40,060 nt of DNA from a virus (IMGVR_UViG_2563366805_000009); one strand, 5' to 3'. Positions 9,470 through 18,126 are shown, counted from the stretch's first letter. The notes: generated from the sequence alone by a model not told the origin. Program-made: numbers and translations.

Positions 9470-10276
9470 TTATTTAGAAAGGTACTTATCTCTAAGTTGA
9501 TTCAGTCTGTCAGCATCGCGTTCTGAAAACTCGGCGTCACCATAGATCGATTTCCCATCTGCGTCTTCAAGGCCAATGACTGTGACGGTAAATATAGCAT
9601 CAGCCGGAACTTTAAGTTTTCCCCAATCAGAGTATCTATTAGGGGCTAATTTCCAGTTGGCTTTCTCACCTGGTTCCAGACCTCCAGAAATTTTATAGTT
9701 GAAGACGTCAGAGAACCAAGGGACGCTTCTTCCTGGGCTGGCAATAACTCCTTTGAAGAATACTCTGGCAACCGCTTTGTCTGTTCCGTTTTCAACGCTA
9801 ATATCCAGAATTGGCTGATCATTGCCGTAATCCTCTTTCTGGAAATAAAAACGGGAACGTTCGACCTTGAAGGCTTTCATTTTTTCCGCAGCCTGTGTTG
9901 CAGAGGTTTGTTTGGCTTCCAGTTCTTTTATTTCTTGCAGAGCCTGTTCTTTCTCTCTCTTCTCACGCTCAAGGCGAATAGTTTGTGCGTAATTTATAAC
10001 CTCATCACCAGTTTTACCTTCCAACGCTGACTTAATTTTTGTTTCGTAGACGTCCCCAGAAGACGTTCCAGCCTGCATTAGCTCTCTCATGTTGATTTGG
10101 CTAAAGGCAACGACTTTAACTGCATCATCAAACTGAGCTTTTTTATCTGCAGGTAAGGACTCTCTTACTTTTTGAATGGACTCTTTCATCGACTGATCGC
10201 TTGATGCATCGATCTTCGGTTTGTCACAAGCAGTAAGCAGCAGAGCAAAAGCAATTACGCCAGTTAATTTCTTCAT
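9470..10276 (-). CDS. Lipoprotein, unknown function (268 aa)
   Basis: The internal Met at 10276 gives MKKLTGVIAFALLLTAC (lipobox LTAC). Central coiled-coil-like EKREKEQALQEIKELEAK segment. The 24-codon upstream extension in the ORF track lacks support. Confidence 0.75.
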   Translation of the reverse strand: MKKLTGVIAFALLLTACDKPKIDASSDQSMKESIQKVRESLPADKKAQFDDAVKVVAFSQINMRELMQAGTSSGDVYETKIKSALEGKTGDEVINYAQTIRLEREKREKEQALQEIKELEAKQTSATQAAEKMKAFKVERSRFYFQKEDYGNDQPILDISVENGTDKAVARVFFKGVIASPGRSVPWFSDVFNYKISGGLEPGEKANWKLAPNRYSDWGKLKVPADAIFTVTVIGLEDADGKSIYGDAEFSERDADRLNQLRDKYLSK

Positions 10277-10437
10277 ATCCCTATCCCAATCGTAAAAAAA
10301 CAAGGCTAATCCTAACAGGATTAGCGGGCATGACAAACTCATAGCCATATAGGTGTGCTGTATAAATTAGCGGGATGAGAAAGCCTGCACAGACCCTCAT
10401 GTTGAAACTTGATTTTAGCTCAAAAGAGCTGACACTA

Positions 10438-10618
10438 AATAACTGCGCGGAATAATGTTCCACTTTCGGTTAGCCCTTGGCCCTTGGCTCTTGCTGGGTA
10501 AGGCGTGGGGCCGTTTTCTTCGCCTGATCCTGCTGTATCTGGCCTACAGTATGTTGTCCTTACGCGACATGCCACATGTCAGTAAACGGCAGGTGTAGCA
10601 GTATTAGACGCAGCTATT
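10438..10618. mobile_element. IS630-derived MITE (181 bp, non-autonomous)
   Basis: The ends AATAACTGCGCGGAATAAT and GTATTAGACGCAGCTATT each match the IS630 termini at 7750/8902 with one mismatch in the compared stretch. TA duplication in a CTAG target (10435-37 and 10619-21). No ORF inside. Confidence 0.75.
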
Positions 10619-10805
10619 TAGTGTGTATTAAGCTGGCTCATATTTATGACTGGTTTCAAGGTTTGACCGATTTTCATGTCATGCATGTCTATGCTGCATG
10701 AGTTCGCATGATCGTTTGAGGATCGGTTTGGCTAAGACATGCCAGAACTGGCGGGCTTTTGCTCATGTCATGCAGGTGCATGAAAACTACTACATAAAGC
10801 GGGCA

Positions 10806-10824
10806 GGCGTGGCGGGGATACGAG
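10806..10824. other. Probable cos cohesive-end sequence
   Basis: GGCGTGGCGGGGATACGAG shares its first 13 nt with the 19-nt cohesive end I recall for phage 186 (GGCGTGGCGGGGAAAGCAT; P2 is GGCGAGGCGGGGAAAGCAC). It lies in a non-coding stretch between gene A and gene Q, as expected. Confidence 0.6.
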
Positions 10825-10983
10825 CGCGCGCTCGCTTAGTTTTGTAACACTCTGAGTAAGGTCGCTTTTTAGAAGCAAATGGCTTGCAAATTTTTTCAAC
10901 ATTGAGGTAATTTGTTAGGTATCGAAGGATAAATTAAGACAAGAGCAAATTCTTATTGCTTTTTGGATGACTAGGTGCAAGTT

Positions 10984-12090
10984 ATGACAGGTAGTGTCCC
11001 AGTAGTGCTTTCTGAGTCTGAGTTAAAGTCGATCTTGACCTTAACTGAACGTTTCACATGGAACGTTGCAAGGCCAATTATTGCGTCTTTAGGGCTGCCA
11101 ACAGGTAGGGGGCGTGAAGCAACAAACGAAAAAATACTAGAAAGCCTCATTGATCTTAAAAGTAAAGATAGGCAAAAGTTTGATGGCATTATGGCAAACG
11201 TAAATGACCTAATTTTGGGTCAGGTCGTTTATGGTGAAAAAGCAATATTTAGTTTGACTGTAGATAATAGTGTAATTAAAACACTAAATGACAGATTTAG
11301 TTTCCAATGGAATTTGATGAATCAACCATCATTATTGGTTGATTCGATCCTTGATGATGTCCAATTGCAAAATGCTGTAAAAAATCAACCTGAACTTGTT
11401 AATTATTCTATTCAAAACACCCAGTCAATACTTGTTTTTTCATCTGTCAGAGAATTAGTTGTAAGAGAAAAAATTCCCCCGTCAGCACTTGCGCAATACA
11501 AGCAGTTTGATGAAATTATTGCAAAGCGAAAAGAAAAGCGACAATGTTTTGATGTCTGTATATTAGACTCTGTTACTAATAAAATTCATGTTTTGGTAGA
11601 TACTAATGGTAATATTATTGGTGATAATGTTACTTTTGCAAAGAGTAACATTATTCGTGAATTGTATAATCATGTCGGTTATGAATTTAAATCATCGGAA
11701 AAAGATTTTTATCCGTTAATTGAGCCAATTTTCAAACAAAATTCATTGCCTTATTCAAAATTAAGCTATAAAGTCTTTGATTTGTCATTTTTGACGAATG
11801 AGGGGACTACGCATAAAGAAAAGAAAAATGTGGCCACTAAAGACTTACGTGATGATTTGTTTAATAAGGAAGGCATCAAAGCAGTAGGCAGTATTGGTTT
11901 GTATCGTATTGGAATTAGAGTTGATAGAAATAATCCAAAACTGCAATTAGCGGATAACGTAGAGCTTATCATTCCGGGAACACTCCGCAGGCATCTAGGA
12001 GGGAGTAGTTGCTCTCCTGTTAACTATGCTATATTAAGTAAATGTATATCCAAAGATGATTTCGAAACCCTCACAAAGCTGATATTATAA
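10984..12090 (+). CDS. Unknown protein, gene 1 of the three-gene cassette (368 aa)
   Basis: Long AT-rich ORF. ATG 10984 is preceded by TAGGTG; GTG 10975 is an alternative start. No Walker A or other motif I recognise. A possible helix-extended-helix-like N-terminal segment (LGLPTGRGREATNEKILESLIDL). Confidence 0.8.
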   Translation: MTGSVPVVLSESELKSILTLTERFTWNVARPIIASLGLPTGRGREATNEKILESLIDLKSKDRQKFDGIMANVNDLILGQVVYGEKAIFSLTVDNSVIKTLNDRFSFQWNLMNQPSLLVDSILDDVQLQNAVKNQPELVNYSIQNTQSILVFSSVRELVVREKIPPSALAQYKQFDEIIAKRKEKRQCFDVCILDSVTNKIHVLVDTNGNIIGDNVTFAKSNIIRELYNHVGYEFKSSEKDFYPLIEPIFKQNSLPYSKLSYKVFDLSFLTNEGTTHKEKKNVATKDLRDDLFNKEGIKAVGSIGLYRIGIRVDRNNPKLQLADNVELIIPGTLRRHLGGSSCSPVNYAILSKCISKDDFETLTKLIL

Positions 12091-12102
12091 TTGGAGTCAG
12101 CA

Positions 12103-12537
12103 ATGAAGGATGGTGATATGCCCAAGATCATCAAAGAAATGTGTGCAGAACGCCCTGAAATTGGGGCGTTAGCTTGCTATTTGTACGATGAAATCGAGGC
12201 AAGGGCTAAAAAATCATCAAATATAGCTTTAAGTTATAAGGATTTATTTAATATAGCTGGTGGTTATAATAAGGTTTTACAGCCAGAAACGTATGAGCAG
12301 GTTATCTATCCGGCCATACAAATTCTTTGTAGCCCAAAGGTTGATTTTTTAAAACTCAATTATTGGTTCATTGATGATTTTCATGACCCTGTAGAACTTG
12401 AAATAGAGGAAGTTATTGAGGCGGAAATCAGTCAATCTTTAGCAAACCCATTTACAGGGGAGCTTATGTATGACTATAAGTCATTCGTATTTCCTTTTTT
12501 TACATTAGATGAATCTAAATCAAAGGATATTATCTGA
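12103..12537 (+). CDS. Unknown small acidic protein, gene 2 of the cassette (144 aa)
   Basis: GGAG at 12093 with ATG at 12103, 12 nt after the gene-1 stop. Asp/Glu-rich. No recognisable motif. Confidence 0.75.
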   Translation: MKDGDMPKIIKEMCAERPEIGALACYLYDEIEARAKKSSNIALSYKDLFNIAGGYNKVLQPETYEQVIYPAIQILCSPKVDFLKLNYWFIDDFHDPVELEIEEVIEAEISQSLANPFTGELMYDYKSFVFPFFTLDESKSKDII

Positions 12538-13202
12538 TGTTAAAAATGTCTGCAGCAATGAGTTTGGCTGATATTGATAATGATATTTTTCTTCAGCGTA
12601 TTAATGCTTCTATTACTCGTGTTAGATTTGCACTTCAATCGTACGATAATTTCAAACAATTTGTCAGGATTGAACTTGATTCTGCTGTAAAGGAAATAGA
12701 AGAGAATTCAAATAAGTTAAACTTCGATTTAACAGAAGATCAGCTTACTTTAATTTTATTGGCCAATATCAAAAATAAAGATATGGGCATTGAAGCATTT
12801 CATGAAAATAATCAGCGCGGACATTGTGATATTACAATAAAACTAAAGGATTATATTTGGCATGGCGAAGCCAAAAAACATACATCTTCATATAGTTATT
12901 TATTTAAAGGGTATGCTCAACTCACTGAACGATATAGTACAGGGACCGTAGACAGCGCAAGTGGTGGATTGATTATCTATACTCGTAATAGAAAATGTAA
13001 TGAAATGATGAGCAACTGGAAGGCGCATTTAGATAAATTCGCACCAAGAATTCATGCCTGTAAATCTATAACGATTACTCCTTGTCAAAAAAATCCATTG
13101 GTTTTTTATAGCCAGCATGTTCACACAGTTACTCAACTGAATTATGAAGTTATTCATTACCCTGTAAATCTATATCATGAGCCTGTAGATCCGGATCTTT
13201 AA
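12537..13202 (+). CDS. Putative PD-(D/E)xK-fold nuclease, gene 3 of the cassette (221 aa)
   Basis: Its start overlaps the gene-2 stop (TGATG). The sequence GIEAFHE..GHCDITIKLKDYIWHGEAKKH gives an E...D(98)-x12-E(111)-x-K(113) pattern typical of restriction-endonuclease-like folds. Confidence 0.75.
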   Translation: MLKMSAAMSLADIDNDIFLQRINASITRVRFALQSYDNFKQFVRIELDSAVKEIEENSNKLNFDLTEDQLTLILLANIKNKDMGIEAFHENNQRGHCDITIKLKDYIWHGEAKKHTSSYSYLFKGYAQLTERYSTGTVDSASGGLIIYTRNRKCNEMMSNWKAHLDKFAPRIHACKSITITPCQKNPLVFYSQHVHTVTQLNYEVIHYPVNLYHEPVDPDL

Positions 13203-13242
13203 GTTTTAATGCTCATGTCTTGGTGATTTTAAACTAAAGAAT

Positions 13243-13266
13243 AAAAGCCTGTTTGTACAGGCTTTT
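13243..13266. terminator. Bidirectional rho-independent terminator
   Basis: AAAAGCCTG-tttgta-CAGGCTTTT. The A-run/T-run flanks serve both the cassette (+) and gene Q (-). Confidence 0.7.
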
Positions 13267-13271
13267 AAATA

Positions 13272-14309
13272 TCATTCAATACCTAAATTATAATCTTCAA
13301 AACGCATGACTTCTTCTCCAAGCCAGTCGTTCAATTCCTGAAGGCGCTTCTGCAGAGGTATCAACTCGTTGCGAACAAAGACGCGGCTGGCTTTCTCCAC
13401 ATCCCCAAAACCCCCAACATTACTCGGCATAATCCCCATCATTTGCGGCGGCACACGATGTGCTGCCATCATGTCATCCCGACTCACGTTCTTGATATTC
13501 AAAAACTCATCCTTCGCTGCGACCTCTGACAACGGGATAATCTGAAGTCCGTCCTTTTTGCCGTTAGGCGAGTACATAAACAGATTGCGGAAGTTGCCAG
13601 GGCCTTTGGCGCTTTTCATTGCGTTGCGGAGGTTGTTCACATCTTCCTGGTTCTGCGCGGCATCGGTCATATACATGATGAAGCCTGCATGGCTACCGTT
13701 AATGTAATACTTGCGGCGGAACAGCGTGGCGGACTCGTTGAGCAGGGCTGACGGAATGGCAGAAAGATAACCGGGCAGGCCGTAGATCTCCTGGTTGATG
13801 TCCGGTTCCATCAGATGAAAAATGCTGCCTTTCGTGAACTGATACGGCAGGGTTGTCATACCGTATTGCACAAACCAGTAGGTATCCAGGTCTAATCCGC
13901 GTCGGGTGTATTTTGCAAGCGCAGGCTCAATAGCGATAACTTCACCGAATCGGTTCGTGCGTTTCTCCAGGTAGGCGTTACCAAATACCAGATAGTCCTG
14001 CACAAAACGCGAAAAAGCCTGCTGGCTGAGCAGCGGATGAGGGATATAGGTACTGGTCAGAATGTTGCACTTTACTGCAATCGGGGAACTGTGATGCACG
14101 GCGGCGCGGAAGGTGCGCGCCAGTCCGTCAAAGCTGACGGGCGGCTCATACCAACGGTCCATCTGTACGCATTCCACATAATCCAGCAGTTCTCGGCGGT
14201 CCAGAACAGGAACGGGATCGCCGAAGCTGAATGCTTCGGCTGTAGTTTGACTTTTAAGCTGGATCTGTTTCGTCGCCGCAGCGCGGTTCTTCTTACTCTT
14301 TCCCATCAA
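13272..14309 (-). CDS. Q: Portal protein gpQ
   Basis: 345 aa. Position and sequence are typical of P2 Q (PBSX-family portal), with the stop of P overlapping its start. Confidence 0.9.
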   Translation of the reverse strand: MMGKSKKNRAAATKQIQLKSQTTAEAFSFGDPVPVLDRRELLDYVECVQMDRWYEPPVSFDGLARTFRAAVHHSSPIAVKCNILTSTYIPHPLLSQQAFSRFVQDYLVFGNAYLEKRTNRFGEVIAIEPALAKYTRRGLDLDTYWFVQYGMTTLPYQFTKGSIFHLMEPDINQEIYGLPGYLSAIPSALLNESATLFRRKYYINGSHAGFIMYMTDAAQNQEDVNNLRNAMKSAKGPGNFRNLFMYSPNGKKDGLQIIPLSEVAAKDEFLNIKNVSRDDMMAAHRVPPQMMGIMPSNVGGFGDVEKASRVFVRNELIPLQKRLQELNDWLGEEVMRFEDYNLGIE

Positions 14310-16072
14310 AAAATCTCCACAATATTGCTGGTATTGGCGGATTCGCCCTGCAGCGGTTCGTTAAACAGTGCGTGCATCGTTGCCCAGGCCAGATCGGCGT
14401 GGCTGGCTTCTTCGCTGCGGCTGGCTTCATAGGTCGGGCGGTTGCCACTGGCGGTGGTGGCGCGACGGATTGCCATAAAGGACTGCGCTATGTCGGTGTG
14501 TCCGGCGTCAAACTCCAGACGGCGGTGGCTGATAATGTCGTAGGCCTTGAGTACCAGGGCGTTTTTAACGTTGGGGTTGTAGACAAACTCCCGGACGGCA
14601 GGAAAAAACGCTTTCACGTTCTCGTAAACCCCGTGACCAACGCCGGTTGAGTCGATACCGATATAGGTCACGTTGTACTGTTCGGTCAGTTTTTTGATGG
14701 CGTCAGCCTGGGCGCGGAAGTCCATTCCGCGCCACTGGTGACGCTCAAGAATGCGGAACTTACCGCCCGGCACGGCTGGCGGCGCCACCACCACGCATCC
14801 GGCGCTGTCGCCGTTCTGCGTACCTTTCGCCGGGTCATATCCGATCCACACTTCGCGCCAGCCAAACGGGCGCAGGGCCAGTGCATGAAAGTCGGTCCAG
14901 ACTTCCCAACTGTCCACCATGCACGCCTGCAGCTCGCTGAGTGGGAACACAGACGCGAGATCGTCCACGAACTCACACATCAGCAGGTTCTGGTATTCGT
15001 CCGGGCTGTACTCCATGCGCAACTGGTCGAGGTCGAACAGGTTACAGCCGCCGCGCACCGCATCTTCCACAGTGACTATCTGGCGGTACTGCCCGTCTGC
15101 GCACAGCAGGCCGGGGGCCAGATTGCTGTGGGACAGGTCGATGTCCACCTTATCGGCTTTGCTGCGCCCTCGGTTGAACAGCGCACCGGACCAGAACGGA
15201 TAAGCACTGTGTGTCAGGCTGGATGGCGTGGAAAAATAGGTTTGTCGCCATTTTTTGTGAATAGCCATACCGGAAGCCACTTTGCCCAGCTCCTGGAATT
15301 TCGGTATCCAGAAATATTCATCCAGATACAGGTTGCCGTGGTAACTCTGGGCCGTGCGGGCATTGGTGCCGAGGAAGTACAGCGTGGCCCCGTTAGGAAG
15401 CACCATCGGATCGCCTTTCAGCTCCACCTCCACTTCTTTGGCGAAGTCGATGATGTACTGCTTAAAGACGTGGGCCTGAGCCTTGCTGGCGGAAAGGAAA
15501 ATCTGGTTACGCCCGGTTAGCAGGGCGTCAATCAGGGCTTCACGGGCAAAATAGAAGGTCGCGCCGATCTGGCGTGACTTCAGCAGGTTGCGGATGCGGT
15601 TGGTTTTTCCGGCTTCCCACCAGTGGCGCTGGTAGTTGAACATGGAGGAATGGAAGATTTCTTCCAACTTCTCAATCTGTTCATCGGTGAAAACGTTCTT
15701 TTCCGGCTGACGGCGCGGGCCTTTGTTGCGGTTGGCGACGTTAGGGTTTAAGTCGGCTTCGTTGCCGCCATTGTTAAACTTGCCGATCCGCGCATGGCGC
15801 TCCGACTGGCGCGCCAGCAGGTCAATCTCTTTGAAATCTTTCCCTTCTTTGTGCTCCTTCATAATGAGCTGGCAGTAGCGTGCGGCGGTGGTGAGCTGCA
15901 TCTGATCAAGCGGCCCATAGTCACCCCACTTGTCGCGTTTTTTCCAGCTGTGAACGGTTGCAACTTTCTCGCCCAGCATTTCAGCAATGCGGGCTACGCG
16001 GTATCCCTGAAAGTACAGCAGCATGGCCTGCCGACGGGGATCGAGATCTGCGGGTGTCAGTGTGGTGTTCAT
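14306..16072 (-). CDS. P: Terminase large (ATPase) subunit gpP
   Basis: 588 aa, with P2 P-like order and size. Terminase-type motifs (RQIGATFYFA Walker-A-like region, DEYFWIP Walker B). Confidence 0.9.
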   Translation of the reverse strand: MNTTLTPADLDPRRQAMLLYFQGYRVARIAEMLGEKVATVHSWKKRDKWGDYGPLDQMQLTTAARYCQLIMKEHKEGKDFKEIDLLARQSERHARIGKFNNGGNEADLNPNVANRNKGPRRQPEKNVFTDEQIEKLEEIFHSSMFNYQRHWWEAGKTNRIRNLLKSRQIGATFYFAREALIDALLTGRNQIFLSASKAQAHVFKQYIIDFAKEVEVELKGDPMVLPNGATLYFLGTNARTAQSYHGNLYLDEYFWIPKFQELGKVASGMAIHKKWRQTYFSTPSSLTHSAYPFWSGALFNRGRSKADKVDIDLSHSNLAPGLLCADGQYRQIVTVEDAVRGGCNLFDLDQLRMEYSPDEYQNLLMCEFVDDLASVFPLSELQACMVDSWEVWTDFHALALRPFGWREVWIGYDPAKGTQNGDSAGCVVVAPPAVPGGKFRILERHQWRGMDFRAQADAIKKLTEQYNVTYIGIDSTGVGHGVYENVKAFFPAVREFVYNPNVKNALVLKAYDIISHRRLEFDAGHTDIAQSFMAIRRATTASGNRPTYEASRSEEASHADLAWATMHALFNEPLQGESANTSNIVEIF

Positions 16073-16118
16073 GGCACAAACCTACAGCCTTGAATGAAGG
16101 CTTTCCCCGCCTGCGGTT

Positions 16119-16136
16119 TGTGTGGTTGTCGGTACA
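16119..16136. promoter_or_regulatory. Ogr-type late-promoter dyad TGT-N12-ACA (P/O divergent region)
   Basis: TGTGTGGTTGTCGGTACA lies in the 142-bp P-O intergenic region, centred about 87 nt upstream of the O start codon. Confidence 0.55.
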
Positions 16137-16214
16137 AATACCGCGCATTGTTTCACTGCCCCCATCACCGCAACCATAAGGCTCCAGTAAGTTTTTTCTA
16201 ACGGAGCACGGCTC

Positions 16215-17048
16215 ATGACAGTGAAAGCAAAGCGTTTTCGCATCGGGGTGGAAGGTGCCACCACCGACGGACGCGAAATCCAGCGTGAATGGCTGGAACA
16301 GATGGCAGCCAGCTATAACCCGGCGGTGTATACCGCGCTGATTAACCTTGAGCACATCAAGTCTTATCTGCCGGACAGCACCTTTAACCGCTACGGCAAG
16401 GTGACGGCGCTGTTTGCTGAAGAAATCACGGAAGGTCCGCTGGCAGGCAAGATGGCGCTGTATGCTGACGTTGAGCCAACGGAGTCCCTGGTGGAACTGG
16501 TGAAAAAAGGCCAGAAATTATTCACCTCTATGGAAGTCAGCCCGAAGTTCGCTGATACGGGCAAAGCCTACCTGGTCGGCCTGGCTGCCACTGATGACCC
16601 TGCCAGTCTGGGCACTGAAATGCTGACATTCAGCGCCAGTGCAGCCCATAACCCGCTGGCAAACCGCAAGCAGAATCCCGCCAATCTCTTTACCGCCGCA
16701 GAGGAAACGGTGATCGAACTGGAAGAAGTCCAGGACGACAAACCGTCCCTGTTTGCCCGCGTCACGGCGCTGTTTACCAAAAAAGAGCAGTCCGATGACG
16801 CCCGGTTCTCTGATGTGCATAAGGCCGTGGAGCTGGTCGCCACTGAGCAGCAGAACCTGAGCGCACGCACCGAAAAATCCCTGTCTGAGCAGGAAGAACG
16901 CCTGTCTGAGCTGGAGACTGCCCTGCAGGCACAGCAAACCGCCTTTAACGAACTGGTGGACAAGCTGAGTCATGAAGACAGCCGCCAGGACTACCGCCAG
17001 CGTGCAACAGGCGGTAACGCCCCCGCTGACACTCTGACCAATTGCTGA
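16215..17048 (+). CDS. O: Capsid scaffolding protein gpO
   Basis: MTVKAKRFRIGVEGATTDGREI... is a typical P2 O N-terminus. 277 aa. Confidence 0.9.
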   Translation: MTVKAKRFRIGVEGATTDGREIQREWLEQMAASYNPAVYTALINLEHIKSYLPDSTFNRYGKVTALFAEEITEGPLAGKMALYADVEPTESLVELVKKGQKLFTSMEVSPKFADTGKAYLVGLAATDDPASLGTEMLTFSASAAHNPLANRKQNPANLFTAAEETVIELEEVQDDKPSLFARVTALFTKKEQSDDARFSDVHKAVELVATEQQNLSARTEKSLSEQEERLSELETALQAQQTAFNELVDKLSHEDSRQDYRQRATGGNAPADTLTNC

Positions 17049-17064
17049 TGGAGCACAAAACCTG

Positions 17065-18123
17065 ATGAAGAAGAATACCCGCTTTGCTTTTAACGCTTAC
17101 CTGCAGCAGCTGGCGCGTCTGAACGGTGTGGCAGTTGAAGAACTGTCCAGCAAGTTCACCGTAGAGCCGTCTGTACAGCAGACGCTGGAAGACCAGATCC
17201 AGCAGTCCGCCGCTTTCCTGACGCTGATTAACGTCACGCCAGTGACTGAGCAGTCCGGTCAGCTGCTGGGGCTGGGAGTTGGCAGCACCATTGCCGGAAC
17301 CACTGACACCACCGCGAAAGAGCGTGAACCTGTCGATCCGACGCTGATGGTCGATGTGGAATATAAATGCGAGCAGACCAACTTTGACACGGTGCTGACC
17401 TACGCGAAGCTGGACCTGTGGGCGAAGTTTCAGGATTTCCAGGTGCGCATCCGTGACGCCATCGTGAAACGTCAGGCACTGGACCGCATCATGATCGGCT
17501 TTAACGGCGTGAAGCGTGCGAAAACCTCCAACCGTAGCGATAACCCGCTGCTGCAGGATGTGAACAAAGGCTGGCTGCAGAAAATCCGTGAAGATGCACC
17601 GGATCACGTCATGGGCAGCACCACCACGGGCGGTGAAACCACACCGGGTGCGGTGAAAGTCGGGAAAGGTGGCGAATATGCCAACCTGGACGCCGTGGTG
17701 ATGGATGCCGTCAATGAGCTTATCGATGTGGTCTACCAGGACGATGACGATCTGGTGGTGATTTGCGGTCGTGAACTGCTGTCTGACAAGTATTTCCCGC
17801 TGGTCAACAAAGAGCAGGAAAACAGTGAAAAACTGGCTGCCGATATGATCATCAGTCAGAAACGCATGGTTGGCCTGCAGGCCGTGCGTGCGCCGTTCTT
17901 CCCGCCGAATGCACTGCTGATCACCCGTCTGGATAACCTGTCCATCTACTGGCAGGAAGACACCCGCCGCCGCTCAGTTATCGACAACCCGAAACGTGAC
18001 CGGATTGAAAACTTTGAATCCGTTAACGAAGCCTATGTGGTTGAGGACTACCGCTGCGCCGCACTGGTGGAAAACATCCAGATTGGCGACTTCAGCGCCG
18101 CAGCAGCAGAAACCGGAGCGTAA
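17065..18123 (+). CDS. N: Major capsid protein gpN
   Basis: 352 aa. P2 N family by order and sequence. Confidence 0.9.
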   Translation: MKKNTRFAFNAYLQQLARLNGVAVEELSSKFTVEPSVQQTLEDQIQQSAAFLTLINVTPVTEQSGQLLGLGVGSTIAGTTDTTAKEREPVDPTLMVDVEYKCEQTNFDTVLTYAKLDLWAKFQDFQVRIRDAIVKRQALDRIMIGFNGVKRAKTSNRSDNPLLQDVNKGWLQKIREDAPDHVMGSTTTGGETTPGAVKVGKGGEYANLDAVVMDAVNELIDVVYQDDDDLVVICGRELLSDKYFPLVNKEQENSEKLAADMIISQKRMVGLQAVRAPFFPPNALLITRLDNLSIYWQEDTRRRSVIDNPKRDRIENFESVNEAYVVEDYRCAALVENIQIGDFSAAAAETGA

Positions 18124-18126
18124 TTC

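Noticed and set aside
10281-10463. 60-aa minus-strand ORF
   Set aside because: It starts inside the MITE terminal repeat and overlaps the 5' region of the lipoprotein gene. It is most likely spurious.
10884-10913. Possible sigma70 promoter for the cassette (TTGCAA-N18-TAATTT)
   Set aside because: The -10 match is weak (3/6) and many equivalent AT-rich hexamers are nearby. I cannot call it without TSS data.
14738-15520. 260-aa ORF on the plus strand
   Set aside because: It is antisense inside the terminase large subunit gene P, whose reading frame is strongly supported. The composition is Arg/His/Val/Gln-rich and not protein-like.
16945-17607. 220-aa minus-strand ORF, plus the similar 216-aa ORF at 35610..36260
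   Set aside because: They are antisense to capsid gene N and to tail genes U/D respectively. They look like chance open frames in GC-rich genes.
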